Of a stretch of 40,404 nucleotides of DNA, positions 25,794-35,192 are shown piece by piece. Every line of letters begins with the position of its first letter. Position 1 is the stretch's first letter. Below the pieces are notes generated by a model that saw nothing but the letters and a program-made list of their open reading frames with translations, was not told where the DNA came from and made no database searches. This DNA is from Clostridia bacterium (lineage in GTDB: Bacteria > UBA6262 > WVXT01 > JAUXBS01): contig JAUXDE010000001.1 of assembly GCA_030618495.1 (NCBI GenBank), positions 1 through 40,404 on the forward strand, given 5' to 3'. The position numbers and the translations under genes are program-made.

Positions 25794-26723
25794 CTACTGC
25801 TGTACTTCTTCACCGCAAAGTTTGAGGAGCCTGTTCCAGCGCCTTTCAATCTCTTCTTCTATCTCGTTTACCAGTTCTTCATTCTTAAGCATGTGCTTGA
25901 ACCTTCCCTGTAATTGCAGGAATTCCTTGTACGGTTTCTTTTCCTTTGGTTTGTAGGATAACTTGTACTCTCCGTTGACCACCTCATACATCGGCCAGTA
26001 ATGCGTATCACTGGCAAGCTTTGCCAGTTCAATGGTGATTGCCGGATCATACGCCCAGCCAAGCCTGCACGGGGTGAAGATATTGATAAAACTCGGGCCT
26101 TCTGTATCAAGCGCCTTCTCAACTTTAGTCGTCAGGTCCCGCCAGTTGCCTATTGAAGTCTGCGCCGCGTAAGGTATATGATGCGACGCCATTATCTCCG
26201 TTAAATCTTTCCTGTATTGCTTCTTGCCGTAACTGACTTTGCCCGAAGGTCCTGTTGTCGTATGCGACCCCCTGGGACTTGCCGATGAACGCTGAATACC
26301 CGTGTTCATGTACGCCCCGTTGTCATAGCAGACATAAAGCATGTTATGGCCCCTCTCCATTGCGCCCGAAAGGGACTGCAGGCCTATGTCATAGGTGCCC
26401 CCGTCACCGCCGAAGGCAATGAACTTTATATCCTTATCAACTTTGCCCTTCCTCTTGAGGGCCTGGTATGCCGCCTCAATACCGCTGCACGTGGCGGCGG
26501 AGTTCTCAAAAGCGCTGTGAAAGAACGGCACCTTCCATGACGAATAAGGAAATATAGTTGTTGCCACTTCAAGGCACCCTGTTGAACTGGTACATATAAC
26601 TTTATGTTTAGATGCGGCTAAAAGGACCTGCCTTGCCATAATACCCGCGCCGCAGCCGGAACACAACCGGTGCCCTCCTGTCATTTGTTCTTCTCTTTTG
26701 GCTAATTCTTTTATTCCTGGCAT
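25794..26723 (-). CDS. porB: Pyruvate/2-oxoacid:ferredoxin oxidoreductase beta subunit (TPP-binding)
   Basis: GDGG TPP-binding motif (GGDGGTYDIG) and a conserved N-terminal Cys cluster (CSGCGAG). Confidence 0.85.
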   Translation of the reverse strand: MPGIKELAKREEQMTGGHRLCSGCGAGIMARQVLLAASKHKVICTSSTGCLEVATTIFPYSSWKVPFFHSAFENSAATCSGIEAAYQALKRKGKVDKDIKFIAFGGDGGTYDIGLQSLSGAMERGHNMLYVCYDNGAYMNTGIQRSSASPRGSHTTTGPSGKVSYGKKQYRKDLTEIMASHHIPYAAQTSIGNWRDLTTKVEKALDTEGPSFINIFTPCRLGWAYDPAITIELAKLASDTHYWPMYEVVNGEYKLSYKPKEKKPYKEFLQLQGRFKHMLKNEELVNEIEEEIERRWNRLLKLCGEEVQQ

Positions 26724-26740
26724 ATCATTGCTCCCTTCGT

Positions 26741-27925
26741 TTATTCGCGAACGCCAAGGTAGTTGACCACCTGCTCCACCTTGCCCGTTTCAGTCATTTT
26801 TTTAAGGTCATCATAAACACCCTTTATGGCGTCAAGGCCTATATCCCTGCCGCCAAGGCCGTAAATATAATTAGTTATTAAAGGTTTCTTTTCAAGGTCA
26901 TACAGGGAAGACCTTACATCCTCAAACAATGGACCGCCGAAACTGTTGAAAGCGTCCGACCTGTCCATTACCGCCAGGGCTTTCGCTCCCCTGAGCGCAT
27001 CTGAGAGTTCCTTGAACGGGAACGGCCTGAATATCCTCAGCTTCAGGAGTCCCGCTTTTATACCGTTCTTTCTGAGTTCCCTGACTACTGTCTTGGTCGT
27101 GCCTGCCGTTGAACCCATGACCAGTATCACCAGCTCAGCGCCGTCCATCCGGTATTCTTCAAATAACCCGTATTCCCTGCCAAACTTCTTTCCAAACTCT
27201 TTGCCGACTTCAACAATGACTTTACTTGCTTTGTTCATCGCCTCTATCTCCTGCCTCTTGTGCTCAAAGTAGTAATCCTGCAGGTCAAGCGCTCCCAGTG
27301 TATACGGCCTGTCAACGTCAAGCAGGAACCTTTCCGGCTTGTACTCGCCGATGAACTTTTTCGCTTCGTCATCCGATAACATGTGTATTACTTCCATGCA
27401 GTGACTTATAATGAACCCGTCATCGCTTACCATTGCAGGAAGAAGAACATCAGGATGCTCGCATATCTTTACCGCCTGTATGATTGAATCATAAGCCTCC
27501 TGGGAATTCTCACAGTTTATCTGTATCCAGCCCGTGTCCTTGGAAGCCATTGTATCGCTGTGGTCCCCGTGTATATTAATGGGTGCTGAAAGCGCCCTGT
27601 TGACTTCAGGCATGACAATAGGCAGCCTCAATCCTGAGGCTATATGCAGCATCTCGTTCATTAGAGCAAGGCCCTGCGACGCTGTTGCCGTCATCGCCCT
27701 TGCACCCCCGGCAGAAGCCCCTATGCATGCGCTCATAGCGCTGTGCTCCGACTCAACTGTCACGAACTCGGTATCAACCTTGCCGTCAGCTACGAACTGT
27801 GAGAACAACTGCGCAACTTCCGTTGCCGGCGTTATCGGGTAGGCTGCAACTACATCCGGGTTTATCTGGCGCATGGCTTCCGCCATCGCCTCGTTTCCTG
27901 TTCTTGCTACTTTATCTCCTGCCAT
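26741..27925 (-). CDS. porA: Pyruvate/2-oxoacid:ferredoxin oxidoreductase alpha subunit
   Basis: 394 aa: TGNEAMAEAMRQINPDVVAAYPITPATE... Typical PorA N-terminus. Confidence 0.85.
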   Translation of the reverse strand: MAGDKVARTGNEAMAEAMRQINPDVVAAYPITPATEVAQLFSQFVADGKVDTEFVTVESEHSAMSACIGASAGGARAMTATASQGLALMNEMLHIASGLRLPIVMPEVNRALSAPINIHGDHSDTMASKDTGWIQINCENSQEAYDSIIQAVKICEHPDVLLPAMVSDDGFIISHCMEVIHMLSDDEAKKFIGEYKPERFLLDVDRPYTLGALDLQDYYFEHKRQEIEAMNKASKVIVEVGKEFGKKFGREYGLFEEYRMDGAELVILVMGSTAGTTKTVVRELRKNGIKAGLLKLRIFRPFPFKELSDALRGAKALAVMDRSDAFNSFGGPLFEDVRSSLYDLEKKPLITNYIYGLGGRDIGLDAIKGVYDDLKKMTETGKVEQVVNYLGVRE

Positions 27926-27937
27926 ATCATATCTCCT

Positions 27938-28243
27938 TTATTTACCTGATTTCTTCTCAGGGACCATCTTTATCGCCTGAATCTTTGGCGGGCACACCTT
28001 CGCGCAAATGCCGCAGCCCTTGCAGAATTTGAGGTCGAACTCCTCAGTCATCTTACCGTCCTTCAGTATTACCGCTGAGTCCGGGCAGTTAATCCAGCAT
28101 ATAAGGCAACTGATACACTTGTTCATGTCGCGGACCGGCCTTTCACTCCTCCAGTTTCCAGTCTCAAACTCCGCCGCCGTCCCCGCTTCAAGGACATCGC
28201 CGTGCGCGAGTTCCTTCCATCCCTTCTTTTTTATCTCTGCCAT
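27938..28243 (-). CDS. porD: Pyruvate:ferredoxin oxidoreductase delta subunit (2x[4Fe-4S] ferredoxin)
   Basis: 101 aa with CISCLICWINCP and CKGCGICAKVCP motifs. Confidence 0.85.
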   Translation of the reverse strand: MAEIKKKGWKELAHGDVLEAGTAAEFETGNWRSERPVRDMNKCISCLICWINCPDSAVILKDGKMTEEFDLKFCKGCGICAKVCPPKIQAIKMVPEKKSGK

Positions 28244-28260
28244 CTATTTCTCCTTTATCT

Positions 28261-28839
28261 TTATTCTCCCCTTACTTCCTCGTAGGCGCGTTTTATTGAA
28301 TCAAGGTTGCCCCCGATTACTTCCGGCTTGTGCGCAAATTTCTTCTTAAGCTTATGCTCCGTATCCCTAATAACCCCGTCAAGTTTCAGAAAATCGGATA
28401 CCTTGACCAACGCTCCCATCATCGGCGTGTTGGGTTTATCAAGCTTGATGCATTCCGTGGCTATCTTTGACGCATTAACCGTGTAAACCTTCTGGCTCTT
28501 CAGTCCTAATTTGTCCTTCATTTCCCCGGGCGATAGCGTTGTGTTAACTATTATCGAACCATCCTCCTGCAGCCCCTCTGTTACGTCCACCTGCCCTATA
28601 AGCGTCTCGTCAAGCACGACTACTATTTTTGGCGATGTAACCTGGCAGTGCCGGGTTATTTCGTCATCACAGAGCCTGTTAAAAGACTGTACGGGAGCGC
28701 CCATTCTCTCGGGTCCGTACTCGGGGAACGCCTGTATGTACTTGCCCGTTGCAAGGGCAGCCTCACCGAAAAGCAAAGCAACCGTCTTTGCTCCCTGTCC
28801 GCCTCTGCCATGCCATCTGATTTCAAGTAGTTCTGCCAT
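28261..28839 (-). CDS. porG: Pyruvate:ferredoxin oxidoreductase gamma subunit
   Basis: The start is placed at ATG 28839 (MAELLEIRWHGRGGQGAKT...), which has a strong Shine-Dalgarno sequence (GGAAGGAG). The ORF-track start at 28881 lacks it. The gene order gamma-delta-alpha-beta follows. Confidence 0.8.
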   Translation of the reverse strand: MAELLEIRWHGRGGQGAKTVALLFGEAALATGKYIQAFPEYGPERMGAPVQSFNRLCDDEITRHCQVTSPKIVVVLDETLIGQVDVTEGLQEDGSIIVNTTLSPGEMKDKLGLKSQKVYTVNASKIATECIKLDKPNTPMMGALVKVSDFLKLDGVIRDTEHKLKKKFAHKPEVIGGNLDSIKRAYEEVRGE

Positions 28840-28928
28840 TAATATTCTCCTTCCAGTATTTATTGCTTGTTCATACGTCAATATCTGTTTTAATGCATAG
28901 GAATTATTATTATACCAAAAACAAATAT

Positions 28929-29447
28929 TTATGTCAAATAAGCCCGTATATCAAGCGCGATTTTGCCCGCGCTGTCACTGCCGGCGGTGTACACCCTCAC
29001 TTCTGCCTGTCCGGCAAGGGAACGGAATTTCTCAAGAAGCCCCTCCCTTACAACGACCAGGGCGTACCTGCCTTCCGAAAAAACCCCAAGCGCGCTCCGC
29101 CAGAGCCCCTTTCCGCCAACTATCTCTGCCGGGCCGAGTTCATCAATAACAACCACTTCGCCTGTTTTCGATTCCTCAATAATCCCGCATGCTCTTTTAA
29201 TTCCTTCAGAAACGAAGTAAAAACCGCCTGCCTTCAAAGAACCCTTGTCCGCGGTATTTCTTAGAAGCGGGAATTTCCCGCCGCCTTTCACATCAACCCC
29301 GTCATATCCAAGGTACCTGCCGCCTTCAATAACCGCAACGCTCAGGAACCCGCAAACAGCCACGCCTTTATCTCTTAAAACATCAACGACATCGCTCACA
29401 AGAGACGTCTTGCCCGAGTGTATGGCTCCCGTTATCACGTAAACCAA
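28929..29447 (-). CDS. THEP1-family P-loop nucleoside-triphosphatase
   Basis: 172 aa. Walker A is GAIHSGKTS at the N-terminus. Walker B is VVVIDELGPAE. The overall pattern matches NTPase_1 (THEP1). A TTG start (29447) is preceded by the GGGGGGGGAGAG Shine-Dalgarno-like region. Confidence 0.65.
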   Translation of the reverse strand: MVYVITGAIHSGKTSLVSDVVDVLRDKGVAVCGFLSVAVIEGGRYLGYDGVDVKGGGKFPLLRNTADKGSLKAGGFYFVSEGIKRACGIIEESKTGEVVVIDELGPAEIVGGKGLWRSALGVFSEGRYALVVVREGLLEKFRSLAGQAEVRVYTAGSDSAGKIALDIRAYLT

Positions 29448-29448
29448 C

Positions 29449-29607
29449 TCAGGACTCTCCCCCCCCGTTTATCTTAAGGGAAAGCGTCTTTACCCTGCCG
29501 GCCCCCCTCAGGGGTTTTACCAGGCCAAGAAGGGTGTTATAAATTATTTCTTCCACGAAGCTGTTAATCTTAATCTTCTTACCGTTTATACAGAGTTCTA
29601 TTTTCAA
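29449..29607 (-). CDS. Small ORF (52 aa) with strong ribosome-binding site between the MobB-like and THEP1-like genes
   Basis: The MobB-like stop TAG overlaps TAGGAGGT. Seven nt downstream, TTG (29607) opens LKIELCINGKKIKINSFVEEIIYNTLLGLVKPLRGAGRVKTLSLKINGGGES, ending at TGA 29451-29449. It is not in the ORF track (below the 60-aa cutoff). Confidence 0.4.
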   Translation of the reverse strand: MKIELCINGKKIKINSFVEEIIYNTLLGLVKPLRGAGRVKTLSLKINGGGES

Positions 29608-29619
29608 CTCAATTACCTC

Positions 29620-30102
29620 CTAGGCGGAATCAAACCTGTCAATGACCTTCCTGACAGCGTTCTCCCCGGGAAACCCGTCTATAAATACATCTATCATGTC
29701 CATTACATCCCGGGCCGAATCCTTGAGCGCGCCTTCACTTCTTATCATAACAGCAAGGTCCGGTTTAAAAACCTTAAGCGCGCTGTTGCCTTCAAAAATC
29801 GCCCGCTCATACCCGTCAAGCTTTTCAAGCGCCTCGCTAACGGCTTTCTTTACATGCCCCCGTTCGGTCCTCACCCACAACACCTTGCCTGCGCCCGCCT
29901 TCATCAACCTGCAGGTATCGGTACCGGCCATTCCTATAACTTCCGGGCTGTCTTCTATTGAGAAACCCTTGACCTGGTCGGTATTATCATTATAAACGGT
30001 TACCTTACATGCAGCCCAACCGTCTGAACTCTTAATAATTTTCTCCGCGAGGCTGGTCTTTCCGGCGCCGCTTACAGTACTTGTTATGCAGATAGTTTTC
30101 AA
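29620..30102 (-). CDS. MobB-like P-loop protein (molybdopterin-guanine dinucleotide biosynthesis adapter family)
   Basis: Walker A is ITSTVSGAGKTSL. CRLMKAGAGKV and EGNS regions align with E. coli MobB (ELRKAGAAQT / EGFK). A TTG start at 30102 is proposed because it gives a TTGA overlap with the upstream gene stop. The ORF-track ATG at 30222 would overlap that gene by 120 nt. Confidence 0.6.
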   Translation of the reverse strand: MKTICITSTVSGAGKTSLAEKIIKSSDGWAACKVTVYNDNTDQVKGFSIEDSPEVIGMAGTDTCRLMKAGAGKVLWVRTERGHVKKAVSEALEKLDGYERAIFEGNSALKVFKPDLAVMIRSEGALKDSARDVMDMIDVFIDGFPGENAVRKVIDRFDSA

Positions 30103-30713
30103 AATCCCTTTATTAGACAAACACTGTGATAAACAAACACCGCCACTAAATTGATAACCGAACCGTATGCGTAATGCTTCCCGCTCATCTTTCCGCGCAG
30201 AGCGTGCCCTAACGCGAACCACGCGCCCATACCGCAGAACAAAACCGTAGAAACAACGCTCTTTGGCGTAAAAAGAGGATTTAACAGCGTATAGGCTGCC
30301 GTGTTCAGAATGTGCGTAGAAAACCCAATCATAAGCCCCGCTCCCGCTATTATTAAACCTTTTATAATCCCGTCATGGGAACGCTCGCCGGCAATCCTGT
30401 AAGCATGGGATATGATTACTACGGTAATTACCGTTTCAGCCAGTATGGATATCACGGGATGGGTTATTGATTTAAAAACCAGCGTCCTGTAGTAAAGAGG
30501 TATGCTCAACAACTTCAACGAAGCCGCCACCAAACCCACGCCAAGACACCTTGACGAGTTCTCCCTCTCCTTTATGATACAGCTTGAAATACAGAACGCC
30601 CCTATGCCCATCATAACGGAACCGGTGAGGGGAAACCGTACCGAATGCAGGAATCCGCCCACAACAGCCTCCGCCATACCCCACATGGTTCCATAAAATA
30701 ATACCGCCAGCAT
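30099..30713 (-). CDS. Small polytopic membrane protein (ECF S-component-like or HupE/UreJ-like; uncertain)
   Basis: 204 aa with about 6 TM helices. The GFLH...PLTG motif near the N-terminus is reminiscent of HupE/UreJ and ECF substrate-binding components. Confidence 0.5.
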   Translation of the reverse strand: MLAVLFYGTMWGMAEAVVGGFLHSVRFPLTGSVMMGIGAFCISSCIIKERENSSRCLGVGLVAASLKLLSIPLYYRTLVFKSITHPVISILAETVITVVIISHAYRIAGERSHDGIIKGLIIAGAGLMIGFSTHILNTAAYTLLNPLFTPKSVVSTVLFCGMGAWFALGHALRGKMSGKHYAYGSVINLVAVFVYHSVCLIKGF

Positions 30714-30755
30714 TATAAACCCTCCTTAGTGAGGATAAGTTCAACCCGGAAAAAA

Positions 30756-32660
30756 CTATATCCCCATGTTAAATGAAACCACCAGGCTCCTGCCCGGCTG
30801 GGGATAGCCTGTCTCTTCAACGTAATCAACATCGAATATATTATTAAGCGCAATACTTATGTCGGTATTATTAAAAACTTCCCTTGAACACCTCAGGTTC
30901 CACAGGCTGTAAGGATTTATTATTTCCTGGTTACCGTTCCAGTCGTACGAATACATTTCACCGTTAACCAGCCCCAGCAGGCTTGCTGTCATCCTTCCTG
31001 ATTTGTACAACACCCTGAAGTTCCACCTGCTGGCGGGTATATAAGGCAGTTCATTATCGTTCCTGCCGATGAAGGACGGGTTCCTGTCTTTTGCGACCAA
31101 AAATGCATAATCAACAGCGCATGAAAAACCTTCAAATAATTCCGCGCTTACAGAAACCTCGATACCGTTCATGTACGCCTGGGCTATATTCTGATACTGG
31201 AATTCCTTATTCTTCCTTTCTATCAGGCCGTCCACATTGTTTATGAAAAGCGACAGGTTACCCGTAAGAAAATCCTCATCCCTGCCAATCCCGACTTCAA
31301 AACCGCTGTTCCTCTGCGAAGTCAGTGCGGTATTGCCTGAGTCGTTGTTATACAGGTGATTAAAAGTCGGGAACCTTGTCTTGAACGACACGTCAAGGTT
31401 TATGGTTGTCTTATCATCAGGATTGTATATCACGTTCATTACAGGGCTTACCGCCGCATCCTCCCTGAACGTGTCTACACTGCCGCTCAATCTAAAAAGA
31501 ATCTTATCCATGTACGCCATTTCGTCTTCAATACCCAGCGAGTACGAATTGGCATGATAGCTGTTGCGTTCGGAAGTTTTGCTGTCATAATCGCTGTGAA
31601 AATCCCCCCTGGCATTAATACTGGCCTTTATGGAATGTGAATCCGATATCCTGTAATCAGCGTAACACTGCGTGCCTACCGCGTACGACCTGAAAGTCGT
31701 TCTCCTGTCAACCACAAGATATGAGATACTATCGTACCAATCCATTGAATTATCATACCTGTCATAGTATATCCTTGAACTTACGGAGCACCTGTCGCTT
31801 ACCCTTAACCTGTCATTGAAAGCGCACCTTGTCTTCTTCCATACGGGAAAATCCCTGAATTTAGCTTTTGAGTTTGAAACCTGCGGAGGTATGCCCTTAC
31901 TGCTGTTAATGTGCTGGACTGACAGGGCCATTCTATGCCGGTCGCCGGGATTGAACCCCAGTTTGACCGAAACGTTAGACTTGTCGTAATCGCTCTTTTC
32001 TCTTAAACCCGCCCCCTGGTTTAACTGCGTCGCATCATAGGCCGCGCTTAGCCCGTACCCGTCCGAAACATCCTTAGCGGCGGCAAAGCTGAGGTTGAAC
32101 TTCCCGAAGGTTTTATAGTAGCCGACACCGCCCATCATGGTGTTGTAACCGCTTAGCCTCCCGTTAACTTTATAGGACGTCTTCTCCGTGGGTTCCCTGG
32201 TTATTATGTTGATAACCCCGCCCATGGCGTTCGGCCCGTAAATACCCGACGCCGAGCCCTTGATTATTTTTATCTTCTCTATATCGTTTACGGAGATATG
32301 GCTCAAATCAAGATAACCGTAATAGGGCGAGCTTACCGGCACGCCGTCCACCATCACGAGTACCTGGTCCTGGCTGACCCCCCTTAAAAACACCTCCGGC
32401 TCGTTCTTGTTACCCACGGACACGTGCACGCCCTGTATGAAATCAAGCGCCTCGTCAACAGTCCTCGCATCGCGTATCATAATATCCTCACCGTCTATCT
32501 CTATCTGGGACGCCCTGCTGACTGCCTCCCCCGTTACCACAACCTCACCGAAAGGCAGGGATATGTCCTCCCCGCGGCAAATGCCGTGAAGACAGGCAAG
32601 CGCGAACAACACCGTTAATAACCTTAAACCGCCGGCCCTCGTATGATTACGATAATACAT
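30756..32660 (-). CDS. TonB-dependent outer-membrane receptor (BtuB-size)
   Basis: 634 aa with a signal peptide, TonB-box-like GEVVVTG and a plug domain (DGVPV...GGVINIIT). The 22-strand barrel length fits. The C-terminal residue is I rather than the canonical F/W. Confidence 0.85.
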   Translation of the reverse strand: MYYRNHTRAGGLRLLTVLFALACLHGICRGEDISLPFGEVVVTGEAVSRASQIEIDGEDIMIRDARTVDEALDFIQGVHVSVGNKNEPEVFLRGVSQDQVLVMVDGVPVSSPYYGYLDLSHISVNDIEKIKIIKGSASGIYGPNAMGGVINIITREPTEKTSYKVNGRLSGYNTMMGGVGYYKTFGKFNLSFAAAKDVSDGYGLSAAYDATQLNQGAGLREKSDYDKSNVSVKLGFNPGDRHRMALSVQHINSSKGIPPQVSNSKAKFRDFPVWKKTRCAFNDRLRVSDRCSVSSRIYYDRYDNSMDWYDSISYLVVDRRTTFRSYAVGTQCYADYRISDSHSIKASINARGDFHSDYDSKTSERNSYHANSYSLGIEDEMAYMDKILFRLSGSVDTFREDAAVSPVMNVIYNPDDKTTINLDVSFKTRFPTFNHLYNNDSGNTALTSQRNSGFEVGIGRDEDFLTGNLSLFINNVDGLIERKNKEFQYQNIAQAYMNGIEVSVSAELFEGFSCAVDYAFLVAKDRNPSFIGRNDNELPYIPASRWNFRVLYKSGRMTASLLGLVNGEMYSYDWNGNQEIINPYSLWNLRCSREVFNNTDISIALNNIFDVDYVEETGYPQPGRSLVVSFNMGI

Positions 32661-32666
32661 GTCTGT

Positions 32667-33266
32667 TTATATCTCCGTTCTGCCTTCAAGCGCCATGGCA
32701 AGGGTAACCTCGTCCGCGTACTCCAGGTCCCCGCCCATGGGTATGCCGTGGGCAAGCCTTGTCACCTTTATATTCAGGGGATGTATGAGCCTTGATAGGT
32801 ACATGGCTGTCGCTTCACCTTCGACATTGGGATTGGTTGCAACGATTATTTCCTTAACCCCGCCCTTCTTAATCCTTTCAAGAAGCTGTTTTATCTTCAA
32901 ATCATCCGGCCCCACCCCGTCAAGCGGGGAAAGCGCCCCCATCAGCACATGATATACACCCTTGAACCCCCTGGTCTTCTCAATCACGAATATATCCTGC
33001 GGCAGTTCCACAACACAGATTACGCTCTTGTCCCTGCCGGGCGACTGGCAGTAATCGCACGGGTCCTTTTCAGTAATGCTCCCGCACACGGAACAGTACT
33101 TAAGCCGCTCCCTGGCCCTGACTATTGAATCCGACAGCCCGACTGCATCTTCCTTTGAGCTCTTAAGTATGTAAAATGCCAGCCTCTGCGCAGTCTTGGG
33201 ACCTATACCCGGAAGTTTATTCAGCGCTGAGATTAACTCTTGAAGCGCCCTGGAATAACCAGCCAT
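32667..33266 (-). CDS. recR: Recombination protein RecR
   Basis: HhH ([15 protein letters not shown]), C4 zinc finger ([16 protein letters not shown]) and a Toprim region. Its start overlaps the dnaX stop by 1 nt. Confidence 0.95.
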   Translation of the reverse strand: MAGYSRALQELISALNKLPGIGPKTAQRLAFYILKSSKEDAVGLSDSIVRARERLKYCSVCGSITEKDPCDYCQSPGRDKSVICVVELPQDIFVIEKTRGFKGVYHVLMGALSPLDGVGPDDLKIKQLLERIKKGGVKEIIVATNPNVEGEATAMYLSRLIHPLNIKVTRLAHGIPMGGDLEYADEVTLAMALEGRTEI

Positions 33267-35143
33267 CAGCTATCATCCTTCCTTCTCTTCCTTTTCGTGA
33301 TCTTCCCATTGAATACTTCAAGGACTTTCTTAACGACAGGTTCCGACTCCTTGATATCCTCGTACAATTCCTCCGTCACCGGCTCCTCGTCTTCATAATC
33401 GTCAGAATCAGGTATGGGCTCGGAACTCTTAATAGGAGCCTTGTCGGAAAGCAGGAACCTCACCCCGAGTTTCCTGCCGTATACTTTACTTACCATATCC
33501 ACTATCATATCCTTTTTTCTTTCAGTGGCACCCTTGTTGAACTTGTTTCTGCTATGAAAAACAATATAAACAATCCCGTCTTCAATCCTCTCGAGAGACC
33601 CCTTCACGAGACTCTCATACAACATGGGGCTCGAATTCTTGACTTCAGTCATAAATTCCTTCCACTTCCCGTCATCCTGGTATTCTGAAGTCTCTGAAAC
33701 ATCATCTTCGCTTTCTATCGTTTGTTTTGTTTTTTCTTCTTTCTCCTTCTTTATTTCTTTATCCGCTGCCTGCTGTTCGCTGTTGTCTTCACCGTTTGCC
33801 TTACCTTCTTCCGCTGCTTCCTGCCCCGTGGAACGAGGCTTATCCCGTTCTTTACGGGGTTCCCTGTTCCCTGCTCCTTTATCTGTAACTGCCTGCCGCT
33901 CAACATTGGCTTTGGCTTCCGTTGCCGGTTCTGCTTCTTCCTCCTTGCCCCGTGGAACGAGGCTTTCCTCGTTCTTTGCGAGGATTCCTTCATCACAGCC
34001 CGCTATCCCCCCCTCGAACTCCGCTATCTTCTCCAGAATCTCGTCAATTGAAACGTATTGCCGGCACAGCCTGAAAACACCTACCTCAAAGATAGTCCTC
34101 GGCTGCTCACTCCACTTCATCCTCTCATGCATACGTCCCAGGTCGTCTATTATCCTTATCAGGTTGTCCCTCCTGAACTTCTTTGACTTCTCAAACAGCA
34201 ACTCCATGCTGTCACTGGACACACCAAGAAGCTCCGGGTCTTTCCCTGCAGCTTTTACAACCAGCAAGTTCCTGAAATGAGCCCTGGTATCACTTACAAA
34301 CTGGTGTATGTCGTAACCCTTCTCAATAATCTCGTCAATAAGAGCCAGTGCCTGCTTGATTTTGTTCTCCACGATAAAATCAGAGAATTTTACCAGTTCC
34401 TCCTCGGGAATTATCCCGAGTATGTATATAACGTCTTCCTTTTTTATCTTCTTCTTTCCCGCGAAGGAAATCACCTGGTCAAGAATGCTCATTGCGTCAC
34501 GGACGCTCCCATTCCCGCATGAAGCAACAAGGTTAAGGGCGTCATCCGCTATCACGGCTTTTTCCTTGCCGGCCAAAAACTTCAGGTGCTCGTAAATCTT
34601 TTTCTGGGTGACCAGCTTGAAGGAGAACCTCTGGCACCTTGAAAGAATCGTTGCCGGTATCTTCTCAGGTTCCGTGGTAGCCATCATGAATATCACGTGC
34701 GCGGGCGGCTCCTCAAGTGTCTTGAGAAGCGCGTTGAACCCCTCCTTGGTTATCTGGTGGACCTCATCAATAATATAGATCTTGTACTTGGCTGATGTCG
34801 GCATGTACTTAACGTTTTCCCTCAAAGCCCTTATATCATCAATGCCCCTGTTTGAAGCCCCGTCTATCTCCTGGACATCCATCGCGCTGCCGCCTGTTAC
34901 CTCCTTGCAGTTGTTGCACTTGTTGCAGGGATTAGCGGCAGGGCCCTTCTCGCAGTTAAGGGCCTTTGCAAGTATCCTTGCAGTGGTTGTCTTGCCTATA
35001 CCCCTGGGGCCCGAGAACAGGAATGCATGGGATATCTTGCCGCCCTCAATGGCATTCTTGAGGGTCCTTGTCACGTGTTCCTGTCCCACAACCTCCTCAA
35101 AAGTCTGCGGCCTGTACGTCCTTGCCAATGCCTGGTAAGCCAT
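33266..35143 (-). CDS. dnaX: DNA polymerase III subunit tau/gamma (DnaX)
   Basis: [24 protein letters not shown]..., Walker [10 protein letters not shown], Zn module [10 protein letters not shown]. The C-terminal half is acidic and low-complexity. Confidence 0.95.
   Translation of the reverse strand: MAYQALARTYRPQTFEEVVGQEHVTRTLKNAIEGGKISHAFLFSGPRGIGKTTTARILAKALNCEKGPAANPCNKCNNCKEVTGGSAMDVQEIDGASNRGIDDIRALRENVKYMPTSAKYKIYIIDEVHQITKEGFNALLKTLEEPPAHVIFMMATTEPEKIPATILSRCQRFSFKLVTQKKIYEHLKFLAGKEKAVIADDALNLVASCGNGSVRDAMSILDQVISFAGKKKIKKEDVIYILGIIPEEELVKFSDFIVENKIKQALALIDEIIEKGYDIHQFVSDTRAHFRNLLVVKAAGKDPELLGVSSDSMELLFEKSKKFRRDNLIRIIDDLGRMHERMKWSEQPRTIFEVGVFRLCRQYVSIDEILEKIAEFEGGIAGCDEGILAKNEESLVPRGKEEEAEPATEAKANVERQAVTDKGAGNREPRKERDKPRSTGQEAAEEGKANGEDNSEQQAADKEIKKEKEEKTKQTIESEDDVSETSEYQDDGKWKEFMTEVKNSSPMLYESLVKGSLERIEDGIVYIVFHSRNKFNKGATERKKDMIVDMVSKVYGRKLGVRFLLSDKAPIKSSEPIPDSDDYEDEEPVTEELYEDIKESEPVVKKVLEVFNGKITKRKRRKDDS
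33825..33983. repeat. In-frame 123-bp-period direct repeat inside dnaX; each unit forms a hairpin
   Basis: Unit 1 (33825-33860) is ccccgtggaacgaggcttatcccgttctttacgggg. Unit 2 (33948-33983) is ccccgtggaacgaggctttcctcgttctttgcgagg. Unit 2 contains a perfect 8-bp stem gaacgagg/cctcgttc. Confidence 0.7.
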
Positions 35144-35192
35144 ATTATTTTCCTTTACCTATTTATGAAAACATCTCTCCAAACCGTTCCTA

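Noticed and set aside
29449-29607. Reading the 52-aa ORF as a ThiS/MoaD-type sulfur carrier (it ends ...NGGGES and sits beside a MobB-like gene)
   Set aside because: About 47 residues before the Gly run is too short for a beta-grasp fold. The Gly-Gly is not C-terminal. No ThiS/MoaD core motifs are present. It is kept only as an unknown small ORF.
29620-30222. Long ORF-track version of the MobB-like gene starting MVRVRARSARKD... at ATG 30222
   Set aside because: It would overlap the upstream membrane-protein gene by about 120 nt. The N-terminal 40 aa are Arg/Cys-rich and unlike MobB. An in-frame TTG at 30102 gives a TTGA stop/start overlap and begins right at the P-loop beta-strand.
33505-33525. 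In-frame A_AAA_AAG heptamer in dnaX (codons AGA AAA AAG), identical to the E. coli dnaX slippery site
   Set aside because: It lies about 80 codons from the C-terminus rather than at the domain III/IV boundary. It has no Shine-Dalgarno-like element upstream. The nearest stable stem (gcaggaa/ttcctgc) starts about 31 nt downstream instead of 5-9 nt. Lys-rich AT-rich coding readily produces this heptamer by chance.
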